DNA of 30,742 nucleotides from Acanthaster planci (lineage: Eukaryota): NCBI RefSeq assembly GCF_001949145.1, contig NW_019091358.1, forward strand, positions 62,001-92,742, read 5' to 3'. This document shows, piece by piece, positions 1 through 9,206 of this stretch. Below the pieces are notes generated by a model, which saw only the letters and a program-made list of their open reading frames with translations, was not told where the DNA came from and made no database searches. A program made the position numbers and the translations under genes. Positions within the stretch are counted from its first letter, which is position 1, and each line of letters opens with the position of its first letter.

Positions 1-42
1 TCGTATGATGTTTCCAGTAAGAGTCTGAGAGAAATGGCAGAG
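1..42 (+). CDS. LRRC9: LRRC9 internal exon, 5'-truncated by window edge ([14 protein letters not shown])
   Basis: Open frame from base 1 ends at donor AG|GTGAGA (GT 43-44), phase 0. It joins in frame to exon 1606, giving [31 protein letters not shown], which matches my recollection of vertebrate LRRC9 ([31 protein letters not shown]). Confidence 0.85.
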
Positions 43-844
43 GTGAGAGTTTATTACCCTTGTTGTTCAAATATTATTAAAAACATCCCTAACTGTCCAA
101 CTTCTTTTTATGTTAAAATTTGTCAAGTTTCATTACGTTTTAGAGGATTTGGAAAATGAAACAACCAAATTTGGTTATTCCAAGTTAATTATAAAAAATT
201 ATTGTGTACTTGTGTAACTTGAGTTCTATGAACACCAAATTATACTGTACTTGTAGCTTGTGACAGATCATCTGAGTGTAACTTATAGTGCACCATAGTA
301 CTCATTGGTCAAATCCATAAAAAGACCAGCAGTTTTTCTGTCCCTTGTTGATAGCGGGCATTTTCAGAAATGACATTTACTCAGTAGAAGGTCTTTTGTG
401 TTTGAATTAACTCAAAACAAGCCTTTTAATTGTTGGAAAATGTGGTAAATATCTTTTATTATCACATAGAGGAGCCCAGCCCCAGTGTACATATGTACAA
501 TGAGCAATTTGCGTCTATTCTTGTCTCTTTGCAGAGTGTCCATTATTAAACAAACCTCATTAATTTGTTGACTCTTCCATGACTTTGATGTGCAATTATG
601 CAGTGTCTCAAAGTATATATCGGTCTGACAATCCTCTTTCCAAAATTGCTTGATAACATGTACATGTACACTGTATAAACAAATCTTACATTTCAGCCTT
701 CTCTATTTGACTTCATCAGCCCTTGTTATTACAGAGTTTGAAAGTGAATTCTCTTTCTTGTCCTCTACATTAGCACCCATTCCATACTTTGTCTTCATTT
801 TCCCAAAGTATATGTCATTATATAATAATGCCCATGGATATGAA

Positions 845-1389
845 CCACTTGCTGCCGGGGACCCACTTTCGAGCACATACGCTTTATACACAGAGCCGGG
901 GGCTGCTCGAAACCGGGACAAAAGAGTTAAGCCTTGTAACAAAACACTGTGCTTGACACAAAAGCTGAGCTGTTGGGCATTACCGGCATTTCTTCACTTT
1001 CAGTAGTGGAGATAATCCAGCCTTGTTTTGAAACAGTATACCACTGTTTGGGGCATTTAGAGCAAGCGGATTACCACTGGGGACAAAAGTGCTCCATCAC
1101 CGCAGGGATGAGCTGTAGATGAGCCACACAGCACCGCTGCACGCTAATCTGGCCCCTATTGAAAAGAGGTCAGCAGCGCACTGTGCCAGGTGTGTAAACA
1201 GAAGAAAGTTATAAAACACTGCACAATCTGGGCTTTTATTACAAGGCTGCAGGCCTTGGGTATAAACGTGGGGGTATAAACGTCCGTTAAATGAAATAAT
1301 GAATTTTTGAAGAATTTTGAAAACTGAAAATCTTGAAAATGACTCGTATGTGGGCACTGCATTTTTCAAAGCACCCCCGCAGCAAGTGG
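845..1389. mobile_element. piggyBac-type MITE, copy 1 (545 bp)
   Basis: TIR CCACTTGCTGCCGGGG (845-860) vs 1374-1389, 15/16 match; flanks TGAA (841-844) and TTAA (1390-1393). Body is homologous to 2263-2600. Confidence 0.8.
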
Positions 1390-1605
1390 TTAAAGGTAAT
1401 TAACTTTAAAAGATTTGTGTGGTATCATGTATGTCACACTTAGCTTGAATTTTTGTTGCATTGAAATGGAATGTTTTAAAACAAAACAAATAATATTCAT
1501 AGTATTCTGAAAGGTCCCTATGTTTATTAACAAGAACACAACATGTTATAGTTGTATAAAAATGATTTATTTATGTGAACAGCATCATAAACATTTTTCC
1601 TTTAG

Positions 1606-1761
1606 GCTACAGTTGTGAAAAAGAAGATGTACTACAATATGCGCATCAAAACACTTCAGCGTATACAAGCAGACATGATACATCGCATCACTCGAGAGAA
1701 GCGGCATCTTACACATGGCACCAAGGACAGACTGAGAACTCTAAGCTTTAAAATTAAAGAG
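1606..1761 (+). CDS. LRRC9: LRRC9 internal exon ([52 protein letters not shown])
   Basis: Acceptor TTTTTCCTTTAG|; 156 bp open, phase 0/0; donor GAG|GTACTT. Contains the distinctive [12 protein letters not shown] motif. Confidence 0.92.
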
Positions 1762-2191
1762 GTACTTTTCAGAATGTGATTAGTTTCATTTAATCATTGC
1801 ATTATAAAATGCTCTTTTAGTTTCCTTGCTGAATCTTCAGACATTGCCTTGCTGTGACTGGAGTTTTTAATCCCTCAAAGGCAAGTGTTTACATTTTCTC
1901 TTTGCTTTTGGGGCCTCAGTTTCTTTTTCAGACAAGAACATGTGCTTTTTATCATTCTGTAATGAGGATTTGCCCTTGGAAAAGTGTATTCTTTTGTTGC
2001 TCAAATGAGAAGAAGTCTATATTAATGTAATGTAACCATGGCAACTAGGAAGTTGCTAATACCTTCCAACCAGTTTACTTCCCCAAAATAGCCTGTATTT
2101 TACCATGATGGTCATTTCTGACCCTCCCTTTTGCCTCAGGGAACCTTAAACACCCAAAGATCTGACGGTTTCATGGAGTGTGATATTTTAA

Positions 2192-2664
2192 TCACTTCCT
2201 GCCGGGGGCTCTGGAATCGGAGACGTATGGTTTNNNNNNNNNNNNNNNNNNNNNNNNNNNNNTTTGAAACAGTATACCAGGGTTTGGGGCATTTATAGTG
2301 AGTGGATTACCACCGGGGACAAAAGCGCTCCACTACCGCAGCGATGAGCCACACAGCACCGCTGCACGCTAATCTGGCCCCTATTGAAAAGAGGTCAGCG
2401 GTGCACTGAGCCATATTCGTGAACAAAAGAAAGTTACATAACACAGCACAATCTGGGCTAAGGCTGCAGGCCTTGCTGAAATACTCGGGCGTCAATGAAG
2501 GTCGCCTGTCAACTTAGAGTAGTGCCTAAAGATTACTTCATGCGGCTGTAAAGGACCGTTATTAAATGAAATGATGAATTTTTGAAGGATTTTTAAAACG
2601 GAAAAAATGATAGTCATGCCGGCCCAGCATCATCAACATTGAAAAATGCCCCGGCATGAAGTGG
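2192..2664. mobile_element. piggyBac-type MITE, copy 2 (same orientation as copy 1, contains the N gap)
   Basis: TTAA at 2188-2191 and 2665-2668; TIR TCACTTCCTGCCGGGG / CCCCGGCATGAAGTGG, 14/16 match. Shares long identical blocks with copy 1, e.g. GATGAGCCACACAGCACCGCTGCACGCTAATCTGGCCCCTATTGAAAAGAGGTCAGC. Confidence 0.8.
2234..2262. other. Assembly gap (29 N)
   Basis: Run of N in the sequence. Confidence 1.
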
Positions 2665-3865
2665 TTAAAGTGAATTACAACGTCCAACATAGTACTGGTA
2701 CTTACGAGTTCTCAAGCCCTACGTGGACATTTTTTAATAAGTTCGCACCAGAAGGCACAAAATCCCTTTACCTTGTCAGAAATTGCACCAAAGGTCAGGA
2801 GAATGCTGCGTACATGTATCTGTACATAGATAATGTTGTGTCGCTAGTAAATTGCTCTCAGGACCAGTTATTAGGGTTCTGAATCAGAACGCTGACCTCA
2901 AAAGTCTTTGCTAAGCAAAAATTAGTACAGGTGCTTTGGAACAAAGATGACAAGAGTAAAGGTGGAGTTATTGATATGCAAATGCTTGTGAAAGGACTCA
3001 ACATTTCTATAATACCTTATTGTAAAAACATTTAGATTCGATCTCATCAATGATACTATTATTGCTCCAAACATATCTGCTTCTAAGTTGGATTTCTTTT
3101 GTACCACCTCATATTTTTGATGTATTTGTTGGATTGAGAAGAGCCTGAGGACTTGACTTACAACTCTTGCCTGAATTATGCCACACCTCTTTGACCCTTT
3201 TGATGCTGTATACAATTTAAAAACCAGTTTTGCTAAAGGAAAACATTTTAAATCAAATATGATGCATAATTTTATAACTATGATTTGCATATCAAATATG
3301 TAAATATGTTTTGTTGACTTCGTATTTGATAAAGTTGAGGTTGAAGAATAAAATTATGGTTTTAAGTTTAAACAGTTTTACTGTTTCCTTTGGAAATCAC
3401 GGAGAAAGTGTCAAACCGTACAGCCGTACAAAATTACACACAATTACAAACCAGTGTATTGTAGCATCATCTAACAAACTGTTTTTGGGAAGGGTACACT
3501 TAATCAAGGTATGAAACATCCAATTTATATAATTTTTTTTTTACCTTAAACCATAGCTAGCAATACATATTGTCTTATGCCCCTCCAACCTAGTGTTCAA
3601 ACTCTTCACCATAGTTGATTAGGAAGAGGATGACTCCTTATGGAAAAGCATTTCTGTAAATACTGTGGTTTTCAAGTGCCTACTCAAAACACACCTATCT
3701 CCCAAAATGTGATTATGTGATGTTTTTGTTTAATTTTTGTTTGAAATTTTAGGTAATTGTTTCCTTTTTGTGGGGTGTTGTGTGTACCTTGTAGAGTGCA
3801 GTTTTTTGTGTTACTATTATTATATAATTATTATATTTTGAATGGTCTTATTTACCTCTCATTAG

Positions 3866-4074
3866 ATTCAAAGATACATAACAGAAGCTGGAAGTTCCAC
3901 AGTGACTGTCAGGGGGACCAACTGGGAGTTTGAAGAGGAGGAACAAGTTGGAAGTGGAACTGAAAGTGAAACCCAAGATATGATGCAAACCACTGCATCT
4001 ATTGTCAGTAGGCTTCAGAGCAAGTTACAAGCTTTAGAGGATCGCAAACTAACTTGCACACAAATCCTTCAGGA
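3866..4074 (+). CDS. LRRC9: LRRC9 internal exon (IQRYITEAGSS...EFEEEEQVGSG...RLQSKLQALEDRKLTCTQILQ)
   Basis: Acceptor TACCTCTCATTAG|; 209 bp open, phase 0/2; donor GA|GTAAGG. The coiled-coil end KLQALEDR resembles LRRC9 KLNALNER. Confidence 0.85.
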
Positions 4075-4474
4075 GTAAGGGCATTTTTATTTTTTCTAAT
4101 GTTACAGTGTTGACAGGACATTCCCCCCCCCGAAAAAAAAATGTAATTTTGAGACAAGGAGCCGTATCAAATTACTACTTGGGTGCGCACATATTTGTAT
4201 ACAAATCTATGGGCCTTGTGGTTGATTAACCAGTATGGGAAGGGAGTTAAACCTTTATTTAAGTATTGAGAAGAATACATCTTTACTACCATTACTTGTC
4301 ACACGTTAAATATGTAGGCATTATTTCACAATATTGTAAGGAAAGATATTGAAAGATATTCTACAAATTACTGCCTGTGCCTAAACAACGCCTAGCAAAT
4401 TAGAGATGCCATAAAACACCAATATCTTTCTTGACTAATGAGAAGCGCTCTATAATATGATAGCGTAGCACAAG

Positions 4475-4783
4475 ATGGCGGACTCATGTATGGATGAAGT
4501 CTAATCGAGTGACGAAGAATATTGCCAGAAATGTTGCTATATGTGCATTTCCCCTACAAAAACATCCACTGTCAGTCAGGCCATAATTGCACGAGGTTTC
4601 GTTCATGCACATGCTGCAGAAATGGAAAGATACGGTAACAGCATTGCATCTTTGATGCCCGTTTCAAACAATGCCAGTTTTCATCACACTTGCTGTGCAA
4701 GACTTGTAATCAATTTGAGGCAAAATAAATTGCAGCTTCAAATAATTTATCACCGCGGGACATTGGAGGATCGTTGTCACTAA
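4475..4783 (+). pseudogene. Decayed ORF start resembling the N-terminal C2-HC zinc finger of Academ-type transposases
   Basis: ATG lies in a CAAGATGGCGG context; one stop at 4502, then CCYMC...RGF...NNASFHHTCCARL (CxxC ... HxxC). Confidence 0.35.
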
Positions 4784-5299
4784 ATGGGTCAGTAGTGGTC
4801 ACTCACAGTTGTTTGCACGGTGATTTAATGCCTTGAACTAGTTACTGGCATGACTTTAAGATGTTAGTAGCTTTGCTCTGGAGAGAACTCCGGGTCACTT
4901 TTGCTTGAGGAGTTGTGGCATTTGGTTGGCAAAAAGATAAGTCAGTCTGTTTTTGCCAAAACATCCCTCCTGCACCCCATTCAGTCCCACCACCTGCTCA
5001 GCCATAGCTTACTTCAATGCCTCTTTTGTTGCTTTGTAAAAACTTCAGTGTGCATTCCGTCAGTAGTCCACTTTGCCAATTCTAGAGTAATTAACAGCGA
5101 TCCTGTCATTCCTGTACTCAGTTGCCAGCTTTTAAGGAGCCAGAAGGTAATTTTCTCCCTTTTATTCCTTAATGGTTTTAGGGGGGTTTTTCACCCTTAT
5201 TAGAATTGGCAGTCACCGACTTTGGTGGATGTTGGCGTGAATTTCATTCAGGGACCACAACTTGACCTCAGGTTTTAAGTCACTGTATTATTTTGTGTG

Positions 5300-6984
5300 A
5301 AAAGATGATGGTACTTTCCCATTCAGTGACACTTGATAGCGAGAGCATGCTTTCATCCCTTCGTATGGGACTCATCAGTTGCAATGTGGGTGATTCCGGA
5401 GACGGAATCATACGAACTTGCATATGGTTCAAGATTAAATTTGTGAGCCAAGAGTGGGCATATAATTGTGTTGTGGTGGGGCAGCCTTATGGTTTAGCGG
5501 AATGGAAACGAGGTTGAAACCTTTTCCAAACACGATCTTTTCAGTGTTGGTTAGTGTTGCTTTGGATAGGTTGGTTATGAAGGCTTCAAATTGTTCCGTT
5601 AATAGGTTTATCCGGTTGGATTTGGCGATCTTGGCCTTAGTTCAGTATGTTGTGGAGACACAGTTCTATTTCCGTTAACTGTACGTTCTCTTCCTTTATT
5701 CAATATTTTGTTTTCTTTTGGCCATTGCTTTGACTCTGGGTTGGTTGTAATAAAGGAGTGTCGTTCAGGGTATATGGATGTATTCCTCAATTCGATATGT
5801 GTAAAGTGAAAGTAAAGGGAATAATTGGGGGGTTATGGTTATACTCCTGTATTAAGATCACGTGTATATAAGACAGCAGTGGCTAGAGATATTCTCTTTT
5901 AGATTTGTGGTGGTCTTGAAAAAGACCGTTTGGTTTGAAAAGACTTATCTTCGTGTTGGTGCTTCCTCTTCACTCCTTCTGGTTGGGTCTTTGGCCGAGT
6001 GATGTAGTCAGACAAGTTGCGGGCTGTGGTGTAGTTGTGGCTTGGTGAGGAGTAATGCTGTTTGGTTTTGGAGTTTCTTCCACCATCCGAGAAGGAGCTC
6101 TGAAATTTGAGCAAACGGTGTGTGTTTGAGGTGAACGTACCCTGAGGTAGGCCTACATTTAGATGTAGTCCGATGGTGTTTGAGTCTCAATTGCCTTTGA
6201 CGGAGAGTGTGTTGGTCGGGTGATGTGAGTTTTGACAGAAATAAGTCTGTTTACTTTATTTGTCAGACTCCTTACCCGTTGGAATTGTGTGTCAGTTAGG
6301 CGGTGCGGTTGCAGGACTCGTTCTCCGTTGGTTGATGGTTGTTCAGGGGACTGCACTTCCAGTGACAGAGGAAGGGAATCATTGTCACCAGAGGTGTCGT
6401 GGGCTTGCTTGTTATTCGCAGAGGATGTTAAAATCAGAGCTGGACATTGCTGACGGCGGTGCTCGACGGCTGGCCTGGATCTTGTCGTTACCCGATGACT
6501 TGCTGAGTGTATAGATGTTGTCTGAACAGTTGTGGGACGGCTCGACTGGGTGTTTACAATGTGTTGTTTGCGTAACGTGGTAGAGGGTGCATTGGAGTGT
6601 GGCGCGTTGTGATTGGTCAGTGCATTGCCCAATGGGTGCGCTGATGCACTGGTGGGGAGAATCCCAGTTTTTTCGGCTGGTGTGTGTTTCTTTTCAGATG
6701 AAAAGTGCTTTTTTTGAGGGGTGGCTTTGGGTAAAAAGTGGTCGGAAATTGTGGTTCCGGTAAAGGTGTTGTTTTGGTTTGGTTTATGTATGTTTAGTGC
6801 GAAAAACTTATTCAAATCGTAGGCGATTTGGGGATTGTGGTTGTTTTTCGTTGAAATGCTGGTGTTTCCCAGTAGTATGTGAGTTCTATGTCTGTCAGAA
6901 CCATACAGACTCACAAAGAGATCGTATCCTTGCATGGTGCTACCGCAAGCTCTCCACCTTAGTTGTCTGTCACCATGAATAGCT
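5300..6984 (-). mobile_element. Penelope-like element (PLE) remnant: N-terminal domain plus hammerhead; no RT or GIY-YIG seen
   Basis: Minus-strand ITNLSKATLTNTEKIVFGKGFNLVSIP (~5578-5500) matches the PLE NLSxxxLTxxExxVLxKGLxF motif. Upstream RLKHH...WWKKLQNQTALLL (6008-6190) resembles the PLE N-terminal helical region. A/C-rich minus strand; adjacent hammerhead. Boundaries approximate. Confidence 0.7.
5336..5385 (-). ncRNA. Minimal type I hammerhead ribozyme with palindromic stem III
   Basis: Minus strand reads ATTGCAA CTGATGA GTCCC-ATACGAA-GGGAT GAA AGCATGCT C^ TCGCTAT. Core CUGAUGA/GAAA intact; stem II 5 bp with one G-U; stem III is the palindrome AGCATGCT; cleavage triplet CUC (after 5343); stem I 5/7 pairs. 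Confidence 0.75.
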
Positions 6985-7168
6985 TGAAAACAAGGCTGGA
7001 TTATTACCACTTTTGAGAGTGAAAAATGTCGATAAATCCCAGCAGCCTGGTCTTTTGTTTGGAGTACGGTCTTTTGTTACAGGGCCCTGTTTCCTTTGTC
7101 CGAGTTCGGAGACCCAGGCCACGCATATAAACCATACGTCTCCGATTCCAGTCTCCGGCAGAAAGTGG
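6985..7168 (-). mobile_element. piggyBac-type MITE, copy 3 (left ~185 bp only, inverted)
   Basis: Reverse complement reads TTAA|CCACTTTCTGCCGG...CTGGAATCGGAGACGTATGGTTT (as in copy 2)...ATAATCCAGCCTTGTTTT (as in copy 1, ~1012-1029). TTAA at 7169-7172; no right end found. Confidence 0.75.
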
Positions 7169-7482
7169 TTAAGCCCAAGTCAGGTCACACTTCATGGAAA
7201 TTGCTGTCCAATCACAGTGATATTGATAACTAAGGATGGTTGGTCCTAAAGATATTCTATACTGGAGTAGATCCTTGTTTATTTGTTCTTGAGAACTGGG
7301 TAACTTTGCATTCTGTCATTTGTAATTGCTCTTTGAATTTGCATATCAAAGGCGTTGTACCCCTCAGGTACATTCCAAAATGATTTACCGCTCCATCTGC
7401 TTTGGGTGGAAACAAATTATGATAATTTCTTTTTTTATACATTGTTTTGCTGATATTTTACATTTTACTGATATTAGTTGCT

Positions 7483-7763
7483 GTTCCACGTCACCAACTT
7501 CAGGCGGGAACAATGGCTGATTTCTCTAGAACCGGTACTTTCTCTGATATTAAATTGATGTTCCGCATCACCAGCTTCGGGCAGGAACAATCTCTGTAAT
7601 TTGGTGAATAGCTATACTTTGCCTGAATGTGGTGTAAGTTATATGCAGTTCCGTTTCACCAGCTTCGGGCGGGAACTTTCTCTGTAAATTGCTGAGTAGC
7701 TATTCATCGATTGTATGCAATGTAATTTTTGCAGTTCCACATTACCAGCTTCGGGTAGGTAAC
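7483..7763. repeat. Array of four conserved 29-30-bp palindromic cores (consensus GTTCCnnnTCACCAGCTTCGGGCRGGAAC) separated by 48/59/57-bp diverged spacers
   Basis: Cores at 7483-7511, 7560-7588, 7648-7676 and 7734-7763; periods 77, 88, 86. Confidence 0.9.
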
Positions 7764-8189
7764 ACCTGAACTGTGTCAATTTCAATTAACGGCTCCTCAG
7801 GCCAATCAGCAAAACTTAGAATGCGAGTGCCCACCTGTCCCTAAGTTCAGTTCTCTGGTTGTGTTCATGTGGGGATAAACAGCACGTTTTGTGTGTGCAA
7901 AAACGTGTCACCAAGAGCAAAGAAGTGCTTGCAGCTAGTGTCAACAGTACCATACCGGTATGTTAATGTTTTATTTTACTTTAGGCCTAGGGCGTATTTG
8001 CACTAGGGCAATATCAGTAAACAAACATAGCCCCTACACGTACATTGTTTCAAACATTAACTGAATAAAATAAGGCCTAAATAGAAGTGGATAGCAAATT
8101 TGCATACAGTTTCTCACTTTTTTGCTAGCATGGTAGCTGAATATTATATGATGCAATATTTTTGTGAGGACTACACTGTCATGAAAAAT

Positions 8190-8417
8190 AGATATGTAAT
8201 ACAAAACTGCTGCAAACTCCTTGCTGACTACAATAACTTAAAATACAAGTCTCAAAGTATGGATGGCCTGATGTTTTGATCTGAGCAGAATCTTTCTCAA
8301 AGGCAAAATGACAAGTGGACAGGACAAACAAGCAAACAGAGAATCAACATTTTGTGATTTGTATTTTAGGTCATTGTAGTCAGCAAGCAGTTTACAGCAC
8401 CTTTGTATTACATTTCT
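8190..8417. mobile_element. MULE/Mutator-type MITE (228 bp) nested in the Academ element
   Basis: About 67-bp imperfect TIRs (AGATATGTAATACAAAACTGCTGCAAACT... / ...AGTTTACAGCACCTTTGTATTACATTTCT). Perfect 9-bp TSD ATGAAAAAT at 8181-8189 and 8418-8426. A second partial copy ends at the same AGATATG terminus (23013). Confidence 0.8.
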
Positions 8418-9206
8418 ATGAAAAATAGTTGATAACATTTGACGTATTTTCCTTTTAATTGGAAATTACAAAGGGAATTGGGCCTAGGTCAAACCTTATA
8501 AATAGGGTGTGATTAATCACCAAGAAAAACTTAAAAAGCCTTTCATTGTTAGGCCTCATCTTCAACTAATTATGATAATACAGGCCACTCAACCAAGCAC
8601 TGATTGTGCCAAGCTTAGTTTGCAGAATAGGTGACTGTACAATTTGATATTCATGTATGCAAATCAATAAACATGTACATGTATCATGCTTCTGAGTAGA
8701 AAAGTCCAAAGAATTTGGCAGACAGTGTTAATAGCCTGTTTTTATACCTCAGAAACTGGAAAAACTGTAGTTCTGGGCACACCTGTGCCAATTTCGACAG
8801 CTAATCTCCAAACAAAGATAATCCACAATGTGCATTGTACATGGCTTTCCATGTGATGCTGTAACCATTCGGCTTGCTCGCATGGAGGTCATGACCTCCC
8901 ATGGCGTTTTCACATTTTTGGCCAAATTCCCTATCTTGTGTTGCTTCGCAGTGCTAAACAGTCTTGTGATTCATAAATATCCCTTTGGTCCAGCATGTCA
9001 GTTGTACCAATAAAATTCATTGCAATTATTAACTGTGCTTGAAAAGGCTTCACTTTTAAGTGCAGGCTTTTGTGTCAAACAAATCTGTTGAAATGCTTTT
9101 GTCTTGTTTTCAGAACATAAAGAACTTTACAACCCTTTTAAGTAATTTTGTTTTTTAACAATTGTGTTCAAAGTTGTGAATTTGTCTCCTGTTTTTGTGT
9201 TTACAG

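Noticed and set aside
515..550. Strong acceptor TTGTCTCTTTGCAG as an extra LRRC9 exon
   Set aside because: In-frame stop after four codons, and exons 42 and 1606 already join without a gap.
4790..5290. Coding-looking minus-strand sequence downstream of the hammerhead
   Set aside because: Stops in the frames I translated and no family I can identify.
6159..7010. 283-aa ORF as a real gene
   Set aside because: It starts inside MITE copy 3 and runs through low-complexity PLE sequence, so it is a chimeric open frame.
7483..7763. True CRISPR array (GTT...AAC palindromic 29-bp repeats)
   Set aside because: Eukaryotic intron, no cas genes, repeats differ from each other, spacers are long and unequal, and spacers 2 and 3 are clearly homologous (TCTCTGTAA.TTG.TGA.TAGCTAT...TGCA).
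7483..7763. Integron attC-like sites or tandem hammerheads
   Set aside because: No RYYYAAC...GTTRRRY arrangement and no CUGANGA core.
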